Below are positions 30,430-39,210 of a DNA stretch of 64,000 nucleotides, piece after piece. The stretch covers positions 1,152,001-1,216,000 of the forward strand of contig CBDCYI010000011.1 of NCBI GenBank assembly GCA_965224085.1. Direction: 5' to 3'. The notes under the pieces are model-generated. The model was given only the letters and a program-made list of their open reading frames with translations, was not told the origin of the DNA and searched no databases. The DNA comes from Candidatus Marinacidobacterales bacterium (GTDB taxonomy: Bacteria; Acidobacteriota; Vicinamibacteria; Marinacidobacterales; SMYC01). The position numbers and the translations under genes are program-made. Position 1 is the first letter of the stretch. Each line of letters opens with the position of its first letter.

Positions 30430-31182
30430 AGTGGGAGCTCGGGGTCGAGCTCGAGGAAGTGTCCGCGCGCACCTTCGTGTTTCGCAAAGGCAATCAGCTG
30501 ACCGTGGACGATTTGCCTGGGTTGCGCGGTGAGGCAGTAGGCATGACCGCCGACCGTGACAAAGCGACCCATCAAGGCGAGCTAGACTTTCTCACTTGGG
30601 ATCATCCGATGGTCACGGGCGTCATGGACCTTCTCGTGAGCTCCGAGCGCGGCAACAGCGCCGTTGCTTGTTTCGTGGCGCCGGGTCCTCGGACCCTTTT
30701 TGCTCGAAGCCGTGTTCGTTCTCGACGTCGTGGCGCCGCCCGAGCTCTACGCGGATCGATTCTTGCCACCCATGCCTCTGCGGGTTGTCGTCGATCAACA
30801 TTTGCAGGACCGAACGGGCGCTTTGCCACCGGGCAAGCTGAGGAACAAGATCGTGGACGCCCGTCAGGTGTTGCGCTTGACCGATCGAAGCTGGCAGGAT
30901 GAGCTGCTGCCAAAGATGATCGGGGCCGCGCGTGAGCTTGCCGAGAAGGAGCGGTCGCGAAGAATCGAAGCGAGTCTTTTCGAAATGCAGGATGTGATGG
31001 GAAAAGAGCTGCGAAGACTGAAAGCGCTCGCTGAGGTGAACCATCACGTCCGGCCGGACGAAATCGATCGCGTCGAAGCAGAGACCCGGGATTTGAAAAC
31101 GGCCATCGAGTCCGCTCAGCTGCGCCTCGACGCGCTTCGATTGGTCTGGAAGACACCAACGCCTCCCAAAGCCCCGCAATGA
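30430..31182 (+). pseudogene. rapA: RapA/HepA C-terminal fragment, frameshifted
   Basis: DFLTWDHPMV and AQLRLDALRLV motifs of RapA_C; frameshift at the T-run ~30697-30702; the helicase domains are absent. Confidence 0.8.
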
Positions 31183-31201
31183 CCCCCGCGATGACCTCGT
31201 A

Positions 31202-31384
31202 ATGTTTCGTGCCCGCGCTTTCGTCACCATCCTTCTTCTGATTTTTGCCATCTATACCTTCTCTCCGGCGGAGCGCAAGAGGCGTTGGCTCGACAAGCTC
31301 CGGGAGTTCGGAAAATCCGTCGTAATCTCGCTCGTGATCTACTGGGTATACATGCTCGCCATCTACTTCTTGCGGCAGGGGTGA
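31202..31384 (+). CDS. Small two-helix membrane protein, hypothetical
   Basis: 60-aa ORF with two hydrophobic segments. Confidence 0.55.
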   Translation: MFRARAFVTILLLIFAIYTFSPAERKRRWLDKLREFGKSVVISLVIYWVYMLAIYFLRQG

Positions 31385-31431
31385 GAGTTGTCATAATGGA
31401 ATGAAACCACACAAAACTCGAAAGCGAAGCC

Positions 31432-32515
31432 GTGAGCAAGAAAGAAAGTGCCACGAAGGGACTCGGATGTCTCGTTTCGTTCGCCCTTCCTTTTGCGGGG
31501 GTGGGTGTCTTCATGGCCTATCTCATCGGCGCGGCCTTGCTGGATTGGTCCGCGATGCGCTCCTGGGAGGAAGTTCCGGCTGAGCTCATCTCGGTCAATT
31601 TGTGGGAAAGCCGGAGCTCTGATTCGAACAGCGTCGAGGCTCAGGCGACCTACGGGTACGAATATGGGGGGCGGCCGTTCACGGGTAGCAGGGTGTCGCT
31701 CCACAAAGGTTCCGATAGTGTCGGACGCTTTCAAGAGGACACCTATCGCGAGCTCTCGTCTCACCGCGGATCCACCTTTCGTTGTTTCGTGAATCCAGCC
31801 AATCCAGCGGAAGCCGTGCTCTATCGCGATCTGCGTTGGGAGCTCATCGGCTTTTACTCTATTTTTCTCGTCGTCTTTGGCGGCGCCGGTTTCGGCTTTA
31901 TAGGCTTCGGTCTGTTTGGCAGCAAGAAAGTCAAGCGGGAGGCCGAGCTTCAGGAGCGACACCCGGACGAGCCGTGGAAGCACAAAGAGGCGTGGGCCAC
32001 CGGCAAGATCGTTTCCACGACGAAGCCGGTGCTTGTGATGAGCGCCCTATTCGCCGTTTTATGGAACGCGATCTCGTCGCCTCTTTGGTTCATGATTCCG
32101 GAGATCGTGGAGAACGAGAACAAGCTCGCGCTTCTCGCGTTCATGTTCCCCGTGGTGGGCGGCGGGCTCATCTTTTGGGCGCTACGGAATTTCGCCCGCT
32201 ACAAGAAGTTCGGCGAATCCGTCTTCGAGATGCGCACCCTTCCTGGCGTTATCGGAGGCCCACTCGCGGGGACGATCCAAACGACCGTTAATGTGCGTCC
32301 CGAGGACGGCTTCGAGCTTACTTTGAGCTCGGTGCGGATCCGCCAAACTGGCAGCGGCAAGAATCGAAGCACGCAACAGACGGTGCTTTGGCAGAAATCG
32401 CACGTGATCGCGCGCGAGCTCCTCGCCCACGATTTGAGACGCTCCGCGATCCCTGTCTCGTTCGAAATACCCTTCGACGCGAAAGCTTCGGATGAGTCGA
32501 ATGGAATCGATCCTC
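31432..32515 (+). pseudogene. DUF3592 domain membrane protein, 3'-truncated
   Basis: WEEVPAEL..VNL...ATYGYEYGGRPFTG.RV...CFVNPANPAEAVL. No native stop; reads into the convergent M48 gene. Confidence 0.7.
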
Positions 32516-32524
32516 CGCGTCTGA

Positions 32525-33346
32525 TTACTCGAGCGCAGTCGTTGAGCCGTCGACGGGCCAGTCTTTTTCGATCGCGAGCCGCTCCATCGCCTCGACCCGC
32601 TCGGCGCTGACGGGGTGGGTGGCCAGGTAGGTGGAAAGCGATCGCTCGATCCTGCCTTCGGGGGCGGGAAGCTTCTCGAAAAAATCGGTCGCGCCGCTCA
32701 CGTGACCGAACTCCGCGACGACGAGAGACAGACCAAAAGCGTCGGCTTGCGACTCTTGCTCCCGGCTGAAGGCCCGTCCCGTGATTTGGCCCGAGAGCGC
32801 GACGAGATCTCCGGCGGCACCGCTTCGGCGCATAGCCACCATTATCAGCGCGAGGGTCAAACTTCGCCCGAGGCTCCGCAAGTGATCTCGGCCCGCGTAG
32901 TGCCCGAGCTCGTGGCCGAGGATGAAGGCCAGCTCGTTCTCGCTCTCGACCTCCTTCATGAGCCCGGTGGTGACGAGAACTTGGCCGCCAGGAAAGGCGA
33001 GCGCATTCGGGAGCTCGTCGTCGAGAAGCCCGACGTGCAAGCCGTCGGGGCGCTCGGGCCAATGGGCGGAGATGCGGGCCATCAGATCCTCGAGACGCCG
33101 TTGATAAAGATAGGCGCTTTCGTCTTCACTCTCCGGCTGATAGGCGAGCTCCTCGAAGTCAGGAAACATCCGAGACTCCCAAGAGCGAGGGACATAGGGT
33201 ACGAGGCGGTCGATGAGAAGAGCCGTCGCCCCTAAAATAACGCCCATGATCGCGATGAGGCCGATCAACATCACGAGCCCGTCTTTAATGGGATTGCGCG
33301 GCTGGGCGTTAACGTCGTCCCGCGGCAAGCGCGGCTCGTGTCTCAC
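32525..33346 (-). CDS. M48 family metallopeptidase
   Basis: PNALAFPGG, HELGH, FSREQESQAD and LATHP motifs. Confidence 0.9.
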   Translation of the reverse strand: MRHEPRLPRDDVNAQPRNPIKDGLVMLIGLIAIMGVILGATALLIDRLVPYVPRSWESRMFPDFEELAYQPESEDESAYLYQRRLEDLMARISAHWPERPDGLHVGLLDDELPNALAFPGGQVLVTTGLMKEVESENELAFILGHELGHYAGRDHLRSLGRSLTLALIMVAMRRSGAAGDLVALSGQITGRAFSREQESQADAFGLSLVVAEFGHVSGATDFFEKLPAPEGRIERSLSTYLATHPVSAERVEAMERLAIEKDWPVDGSTTALE

Positions 33347-33837
33347 GGAGCGGCCGGTGCGCGACCTGTGAGCTTTAGCCCCGTTCCAAAGGCGAGAATC
33401 TCCACGGCGGCGGTGCCTTTATTGTTGCCGGACGAGCTCGCGATGCGCGACGTCTCGAGCCGCACATTGCTGACCGCATGACAGCCGCGCGCGCGCGCAT
33501 TCTCTTTCATTCGCATGATGGCTTCGCGGCGTGCACGGTCGAGGAGCGGTTCGTAAGACTTGATACGGCCTCCAAAAAACATGCGAAGCCCTGCGAGGAA
33601 GCGTTTGAAATAGTCGACTGAGATGACCACGCTTCCCGATACGAGCGTGGTCGCGACGATCTCTTCGTCGCGCGGCTCGTAGGGAAACGTGACCGTGATG
33701 AAGCGACGAGAGGCGTGCTCGCGCATGCGCAGCTTACGGTAGTGCTTCTTTTCGATGGCGCTACCAATGAAATAAGCACCGACGAGCACCGCAAGCGGCA
33801 CGAGAAGCTGGACGAGCATTGAGGGTGACGCGTCCAT
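33343..33837 (-). CDS. YbjQ-like (heavy-metal-binding domain) protein with N-terminal TM helix
   Basis: GSVVISVDYFKRFLAGLR.FFGGRIKSYEPLLDRARREA. Confidence 0.85.
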   Translation of the reverse strand: MDASPSMLVQLLVPLAVLVGAYFIGSAIEKKHYRKLRMREHASRRFITVTFPYEPRDEEIVATTLVSGSVVISVDYFKRFLAGLRMFFGGRIKSYEPLLDRARREAIMRMKENARARGCHAVSNVRLETSRIASSSGNNKGTAAVEILAFGTGLKLTGRAPAAP

Positions 33838-33840
33838 CCG

Positions 33841-34155
33841 TCAGTCCACCTTGACGGCCGTGCCGTAAGCGAAAAGCTCGGCAGCGCCCTGGGCCACGGA
33901 GCTCGTGGTGAAACGCACGTTGACGACGGCATTCGCGCCGACGGATTTAGCTTGTTCCGTCATGCGCTCGATCGCCTCTTGGCGTGCTTCGATGAGAAGC
34001 TCGGTATAGCCCTTGAGCTCGCCGCCCACGATGTTCTTGAAGCCCGCCATGATGTCGCGGCCGATGTGCTTGGCGCGCACGGTGCTGCCCGTGACGACAC
34101 CGTAGAACTCTTGAATCGTTTTTCCTGGAATATTCTCGGTATTGCTCAGAATCAA
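33841..34155 (-). CDS. ybjQ: YbjQ/UPF0145 family protein
   Basis: GSTVRAKHIGRDIMAGFKNIVGGELKGYTELL...AYGTAV. Confidence 0.92.
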   Translation of the reverse strand: MILSNTENIPGKTIQEFYGVVTGSTVRAKHIGRDIMAGFKNIVGGELKGYTELLIEARQEAIERMTEQAKSVGANAVVNVRFTTSSVAQGAAELFAYGTAVKVD

Positions 34156-34190
34156 GTGAACCTCCCCTGTTTTAGAATGTCTGTAAACCG

Positions 34191-34619
34191 TTAATCGTCG
34201 TGGTCGACGGGACGTCGCGTCTGTTTCACGCCCGCGCGCCGGCGCTTGGCCTCGAGGCGGCGCGCTCGCGCTCGCGCTCGCGCCGAGACCTTTTTTCGTT
34301 CACGCTTCTTGGGTATCTCGGTGGCGCGGCGGACGAGCTCGACGAGGCGCTCGATGGCGTCTTCACGGTTCCTCGACTGTGATCGAAAGCGGCTCGCTTC
34401 GATCGTCACGACACCCTCGGACGTCATCTTGTTTCCGGCGATTTTGCGAAGCCGCGTGCGCACGTCGTCCGGAAGGGAGGGCGAGCTCTCGGCGTCGAAA
34501 CGAAGCTGTACCGCGGTCGACACTTTGTTGACGTGCTGACCGCCGGGGCCGCCCGCTCGGACGAATTTCAGGTCGATCTCCCACTCGTCCAGCTCGATTT
34601 CATCGGTTACAGGAATCAT
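34191..34619 (-). CDS. arfB: Alternative ribosome rescue factor B (peptidyl-tRNA hydrolase)
   Basis: RAGGPGGQHVNKVSTAVQLRFD GGQ motif, RSQSRNREDA and a basic C-terminal tail. Confidence 0.95.
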   Translation of the reverse strand: MIPVTDEIELDEWEIDLKFVRAGGPGGQHVNKVSTAVQLRFDAESSPSLPDDVRTRLRKIAGNKMTSEGVVTIEASRFRSQSRNREDAIERLVELVRRATEIPKKRERKKVSARARARARRLEAKRRRAGVKQTRRPVDHDD

Positions 34620-34881
34620 CTACTTAATAAGGATAACGCCGCGCGAAAGCTTTTGCCCGCTTCCGGTATAATCCGGCCCTTCGTGAGTGTATAGGGTAAG
34701 AGCGGTGACCCATAGGTCTTCGCTGTCGCCGATATCGAGAAGAGTGAATGGGTCGAAATCTAAACTCGCCGCCGCGCTCTCACTGTCCTGTACGCAAAGC
34801 GAGCCGCGTAATAGCCTCATCTTCGCATCGAGCGCCGACGCTACAACGCTCGACCCGACAATGAAGCGCCGGTAGGGGGGG

Positions 34882-36000
34882 CTACACCGCAACAAGAGGG
34901 GGTGGTTCAACTCTTCCCGGGCAGAGTTCATACGACGGCGCCGGTTCACCGACTCGGTCGGCTGAACGACGGTACGCGGCCATTTGCTCTTTGCCGAAGT
35001 CCAGCTCCGCCATGTACAAGTTGTGGCAGTGGCACATGAGCCGAATATTCTTCGCGCTACGATCGCCACCGAGTCCGTAAGCGTCGTTGTGATGGTACTC
35101 GAGCCGGTGGCGCTCGGGACATCGTTTGCCGTCAGGAGTGACGAACGTGCATCGCCCGCCATCTCGTGCCCACACGTAACGCTTCACCGCGGCAGCGATG
35201 CCACGCACACCCGGCGACGTGTCGGCGTCTTCGACTTTCGTTCTCGGATGATTCGTCTTCCCGAAACGCTTGGCTTCGAGCCGCTCGAGCTTCTCGCTCA
35301 CGGCCGCGTCGATGACCGAAGCGAGGTCACTGCCGGGAATGAGCGCCTCGAGCCGCTGGAGCTTGTCGCGAAGCGCGGCGCTAGCCGTGAACCGTACTTC
35401 GAAACGCGCCGGCGAAAGTGGCGCGACCGCCGGCCGCTTTTCAGGGATCGCCGGAGCGGCCGGAGGCGGCTCCGGCTCCTCGCGCGTGACAGCTCTGTCC
35501 GGGAAGAGTTCGTCCGACGATTCGGACGATTTGGACCGGGCCTGCCGTTGCGGCCTCTTTCGAATCGTCGGTGGAACATCCGGTTTCGGAGCCAACTCCG
35601 CCACGAGCTCTTCGAGGGCACGTTTGCTCTTGTGAGTGGCTCTTGCCAAGACCTCTTCGCAATTGGCCTCGGTGAGATGCTTTGAGATCACGGTGATACC
35701 ACACAAATGAATGCGACCATCCTCGAGCATCGCGAGGAGCATGGGAAATCTGCGTGACAGCCGAGCGGCGCTGATTCGCCGATAAGCTTCCGCTTCAGAT
35801 AAATGTAAAACGTCCATGCAGTAGCTGAACATCGACGGCGAAGCTTCTTTGGCGTAGAGACGCCGCGCATCGACTTCAGCGATATGCGCGACGAGCACAG
35901 CCTCGCCACGCCGCGACTGTTTCGAGACATCCGCCAGTCGAACAAGAAGCTCGTCATCCGATAATGCCGAGAGCGATTTCAAATCGTCCTTTGTGCTCAT
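34882..36000 (-). CDS. HNH endonuclease with helical (DUF222-like) N-terminus and central RHH-like segment
   Basis: LVAHIAEVDARRLY...SMFSYC...LSEAEAYRRI N-terminus; VRFTASAALRDKLQRL middle; RDGGRCTF..RC...LEYHH...NIRLMCHCHN HNH/Zn domain. Confidence 0.85.
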   Translation of the reverse strand: MSTKDDLKSLSALSDDELLVRLADVSKQSRRGEAVLVAHIAEVDARRLYAKEASPSMFSYCMDVLHLSEAEAYRRISAARLSRRFPMLLAMLEDGRIHLCGITVISKHLTEANCEEVLARATHKSKRALEELVAELAPKPDVPPTIRKRPQRQARSKSSESSDELFPDRAVTREEPEPPPAAPAIPEKRPAVAPLSPARFEVRFTASAALRDKLQRLEALIPGSDLASVIDAAVSEKLERLEAKRFGKTNHPRTKVEDADTSPGVRGIAAAVKRYVWARDGGRCTFVTPDGKRCPERHRLEYHHNDAYGLGGDRSAKNIRLMCHCHNLYMAELDFGKEQMAAYRRSADRVGEPAPSYELCPGRVEPPPLVAV

Positions 36001-36214
36001 AGGTTCTTATAGCACGGACTTTTTCGACGCTCACAGTTCCAGCGTGATCCACACCAACGCGCCGAAACACTTTCGAAGTCTCCTCGAACGAGAGAGCATG
36101 GCTGTCGCTTCGTTGCCGTACACAGAGACCCCCAACGGATCGAGCGCGAGGTCTTTTTGCAAATCGCGTGCAAAAATCCGTCAAGGAGAAAATGGGTCCG
36201 GACCGAACTTTTAT

Positions 36215-36238
36215 TCAACTCTTCCCGGGAAGAGTTGA
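36215..36238. repeat. Perfect 24-bp palindrome upstream of the HNH gene; variants at 34909-34928 and 35491-35510
   Basis: TCAACTCTTCCCGGGAAGAGTTGA; variants AACTCTTCCCGGGCAGAGTT and AGCTCTGTCCGGGAAGAGTT. Confidence 0.9.
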
Positions 36239-36373
36239 CGTTCACTCGGCAGAATCAAAACGATACTGGCGCCCGGAAACGCGGGACTTCAACGTGCTTT
36301 TACGACCTCGATCCGCTCTTCCCGATCGAAGACTGAGAGGCCATAATGTCTCGTTCGGAGAAAGGAGATTCTC

Positions 36374-36856
36374 ATGGTTCCAGCCATCCAGCCCACGGTG
36401 CAGCTGTTCAAAGTCAGCCAGCACCTCTTCCGTCGAGCTCTAAAGGATCTCGAGCCCGAGGCGCTCAAACGCCACCCCGCCGAATCGAACCCCATGATAT
36501 GGCTAGCAGGACATGTGACCCATGCGCGTATCGGCCTATCCAAAATCACTGGCGGCGAGCGGGAGCTTCTATGGCGGGAGCTCTTCGGCCGCCACTCACA
36601 TTTTCGCGACGACGGAGACTATCCAGGTCTCTCGGAGATCCAGAAGGTCTTTGCCGAAGTCACCGATGAGCTGACCGAGCGCTTCGGGAGCCTCACGGAA
36701 GAAGAGTTCGCCAAACCTTCGGGCTACGACGCCCCTATCGAGGATAAAAGCGTCGCAGGCACGATCACGTTTTTCGCCTACCACGAGTCGTACCATGTCG
36801 GTCAGATGGCCTATGTCCGAAAGTGGTTGGGTCGGGGCGGGATTATCGACGGTTGA
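36374..36856 (+). CDS. DinB family protein
   Basis: NPMIWLAGHV...FFAYHESYHVGQM metal-binding His pattern; RBS AAAGGAG. Confidence 0.88.
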   Translation: MVPAIQPTVQLFKVSQHLFRRALKDLEPEALKRHPAESNPMIWLAGHVTHARIGLSKITGGERELLWRELFGRHSHFRDDGDYPGLSEIQKVFAEVTDELTERFGSLTEEEFAKPSGYDAPIEDKSVAGTITFFAYHESYHVGQMAYVRKWLGRGGIIDG

Positions 36857-36858
36857 AG

Positions 36859-36900
36859 TGTCAATAAATTGTTGACAGTAATGATTTTTACCGCTACCAT
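36859..36900 (+). promoter_or_regulatory. Sigma70-type promoter with an overlapping inverted repeat
   Basis: TTGACA (36872-36877), 17-bp spacer, TACCAT (36895-36900); TGTCAA-N7-TTGACA overlaps the -35 box. Confidence 0.75.
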
Positions 36901-36921
36901 GAAGACCAGTTGGTGAAAGAT

Positions 36922-37011
36922 ATGTTGATGCAGCGTCCAAAGGATTGGCTAGGCCAAGGTCGGGGTTTCCGCCCGGATAGTAATGGCCTCGAGGGGGTTG
37001 CTGACTACTGA
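36922..37011 (+). CDS. Putative 29-aa leader peptide
   Basis: MLMQRPKDWLGQGRGFRPDSNGLEGVADY* lies between the promoter and the terminator. Confidence 0.5.
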   Translation: MLMQRPKDWLGQGRGFRPDSNGLEGVADY

Positions 37012-37035
37012 CGTAAAACAGCCAGTCACAAGGGC

Positions 37036-37068
37036 GCCCACCTCGGAAGCAACCGAGGTGGGCTTTTT
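37036..37068 (+). terminator. Intrinsic terminator (attenuator) upstream of the tRNA cluster
   Basis: GCCCACCTCGG-AAGCAA-CCGAGGTGGGC-TTTTT: 11-bp perfect stem plus U tract. Confidence 0.85.
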
Positions 37069-37147
37069 GCATTTAGGGGACTTTTTCTTGAGAAACGCAG
37101 TCGTTCAAACGGTGGAGGTGTGCCCAAGCGGCGCGACTCTTCTCAGA

Positions 37148-37225
37148 GGCTTCGCGGAGCAGCCAGGAGTGCTCGTCCGGTTGTCAGCCGGAAGGTCGCG
37201 GGTTCGAATCCCGCCGGAGCCGCCA
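37148..37225 (+). tRNA. tRNA-Asp(GTC), slightly atypical (C at position 8)
   Basis: Cloverleaf: GGCTTCG/CGGAGCC acceptor, TCCGG-TTGTCAG-CCGGA anticodon arm, GCGGG-TTCGAAT-CCCGC T arm, G73, CCA. Confidence 0.85.
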
Positions 37226-37232
37226 TTTTCGT

Positions 37233-37309
37233 CGGAGTGTAGCGCAGACTGGCAGCGCGCCCGGCTTGGGACCGGGAGGCCGATGGTTCGAATCCATCCG
37301 CTCCGACCA
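37233..37309 (+). tRNA. tRNA-Pro(TGG)
   Basis: CGGAGTG/CGCTCCG acceptor, CCCGG-CTTGGGA-CCGGG anticodon arm, GATGG-TTCGAAT-CCATC T arm, ACCA end. Confidence 0.9.
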
Positions 37310-37322
37310 GTTTGTGTTCGAT

Positions 37323-37397
37323 TGAGGCGTGGTCGATGGGTAAGGCACCCGGTTGTTACCCGGGCTCATGTAGGTGCGAATCCTACCGCGGCTTCCA
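37323..37397 (+). tRNA. Degenerate tRNA with GTT (Asn) anticodon; probable pseudo-tRNA
   Basis: Anticodon arm CCCGG-TTGTTAC-CCGGG and T stem GTAGG/CCTAC are intact, but the T loop is TGCGAAT and the acceptor stem has three mismatches; ends TCCA. Confidence 0.55.
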
Positions 37398-37421
37398 TCG
37401 TAGGAATGCAAGTTGGCTCGA

Positions 37422-37503
37422 GCGGCCGTGGTGTCTACGGTCAGCATGCCTGGATGCCATCCAGTCGGTGTCTTTTTCAGTTCGAATCCGTTCGCTCGCT
37501 CCA
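37422..37503 (+). tRNA. Degenerate tRNA-Gly(GCC); probable pseudo-tRNA
   Basis: GCGGCCG/CGCTCGC acceptor with TCCA end, CTGG-ATGCCAT-CCAG anticodon arm; TTCGAAT loop present but T stem disrupted. Confidence 0.55.
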
Positions 37504-37520
37504 AGAGGCCTGCTAGCTAG

Positions 37521-39202
37521 TACCCGTCCTGACAGGTGTAAGAGGTTGAGAAAAAAGGGGTAATCGCAAATTTAGGGCTAGCCTTCTGAGGGAGTGTCGT
37601 TTAGTATCGAGTCGACAAAAACGCAGATTCTAAACGACTTAACTCCAAAGGAGACCAGCCCTAAATGCGAAAAACGATCAACCCACAACCAAGCCTTCGC
37701 GAGCCCTGGCTGGAGCTGGAGCACGCACGCGAACTCGAAACGATATCATCGCTGCTCGATGCCCATCCTAAGCTCAATGAGCTGGTACTGCAAGACCTGA
37801 GGTCGGTCACCCCATCGGCAGGGAGCGATGTTGGTCGTGGGGGAATGAGCGCGGAGCAGGTTCTCCGGGCGTTGTTGGTCAAGCAGCTGAATCAGTTCAC
37901 CTATCGGGAGCTGGCGTTTCACTTGGCAGACTCTCGAAGCTATCGGACGTTTTGCCAGCTCGGCATCATAGAGCCGAGCCCGTCGAAGTCGACCCTAGCA
38001 GCAAACATCAAAGCCGTGAAGTTCGAAACGCTGGAGAAAATCAACCGAGAGCTGGTGAGTGTTGCCGAGAAGACCGCGATCGAAAAAGGAAGAAAAGTAC
38101 GAGTGGACTGCACGGTAGTGGAGTCGAATATTCATTCTCCTACGGACTCCGAGCTTCTTTATGACTGCGTCCGAGTTCTCACTCGCCTCATGTGCCGAAC
38201 TCGCGAACTGCTGGGTACAGTAGTGGTCTTCGGCAATCGAACGCGTCGAGCGAAGAGACGTCGACTGGGAGTTCTAAACGCGAAGGATAAGGAACAAAGG
38301 CGTCGCGTCTATCGAGATCTACTGAAGGTGTCGGAAGAAACCTATCGCTCCGCTCAACGCGTTGCAGACCAGTTGGACGAGTCCGGCTTGACCGAGCCGG
38401 TGAAGCGAGCGAGTGCGGAGAAGATCGCCGCGGATTTTAAGCACTTTCTCGTCCTCACCGAAAAAGTCATCAACCAAACTCGGCGTAGAGTGATTGATGA
38501 AGAGCGTGTGCCTGCGGAGGAAAAGGTCGTTTCGATCTTCGAAGAACACACCGACATTATTCGCAAAGACCGGCGCGAGACTCTCTACGGTCACAAGGTG
38601 TGTTTGACTGGTGGCTCGTCCTCGATGATTTTGGATTGCGTGATCTTGGATGGGAATCCGTCCGATTCAACTCTCGCGGAAACCATGATCGACCGTCAAG
38701 TCGAACTCTACGAACGGGCCCCGCGCCAGGTTGCCTACGATGGCGCGTTTTCTTCAAAGGCAAACTTGGAAGCCATCAAAGGCAAGGGAGTTGAAGATGT
38801 TGCCTTTACCAAGGCTCACTTCGCGGTGACCGATATGGTCAAGAGTTCCTGGGTCTATCAACGCCTACGGCGATTTCGCTGCGGAATCGAAGGCGTCATT
38901 TCGTTCTTGAAACGAGTCTTTGGTCTCGACCGATGCACATGGCGCTCATTGCCTTCTTTCAAATCCTACGTATGGAGTTCCATCATCACCTGCAACCTGT
39001 TGGTAATGGCAAGGCACCTATTACGATAATAATGATTGCTCTTACTGCGTTTATAGCCATGGATTGCTGACGATTCGCCTCTCGTTTCGTCCAAGATTTT
39101 CATTCGCTTCCGAGCCTACGAGGTGCCGACTGAAAACGTATAATACCCACATCTTCGATAGGCCTCTCGTACACCACAAGTTATGGTGTTTCTGGACAGG
39201 AA
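37521..39202 (+). mobile_element. ISNCY/IS5-like insertion sequence, complete
   Basis: Imperfect terminal IRs (TACCCGTCCTGACA / TTCCTGTCCAGAAA on the opposite strand); CTAGCTAG on both flanks; the right end is confirmed by the second copy at 46275. Confidence 0.85.
37665..39029 (+). CDS. ISNCY-family DDE transposase
   Basis: GRGGMSAEQVLRAL, RVDCTVVESNIHSPTDS, YGHKV, YDGAF and RFRCGIEGVISFLKR motifs. Confidence 0.92.
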   Translation: MRKTINPQPSLREPWLELEHARELETISSLLDAHPKLNELVLQDLRSVTPSAGSDVGRGGMSAEQVLRALLVKQLNQFTYRELAFHLADSRSYRTFCQLGIIEPSPSKSTLAANIKAVKFETLEKINRELVSVAEKTAIEKGRKVRVDCTVVESNIHSPTDSELLYDCVRVLTRLMCRTRELLGTVVVFGNRTRRAKRRRLGVLNAKDKEQRRRVYRDLLKVSEETYRSAQRVADQLDESGLTEPVKRASAEKIAADFKHFLVLTEKVINQTRRRVIDEERVPAEEKVVSIFEEHTDIIRKDRRETLYGHKVCLTGGSSSMILDCVILDGNPSDSTLAETMIDRQVELYERAPRQVAYDGAFSSKANLEAIKGKGVEDVAFTKAHFAVTDMVKSSWVYQRLRRFRCGIEGVISFLKRVFGLDRCTWRSLPSFKSYVWSSIITCNLLVMARHLLR

Positions 39203-39210
39203 CTAGCTAG

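Noticed and set aside
36154-36176. TTTTTGCA-N7-TGCAAAAA as a sigma54 promoter
   Set aside because: The invariant GG at -24 is missing; kept only as an unexplained inverted repeat upstream of the HNH gene.
34909-36238. HNH-associated palindromes as a CRISPR array
   Set aside because: There are only three copies with irregular ~580 and ~720 bp spacing, two are inside the ORF, and no cas genes are present.
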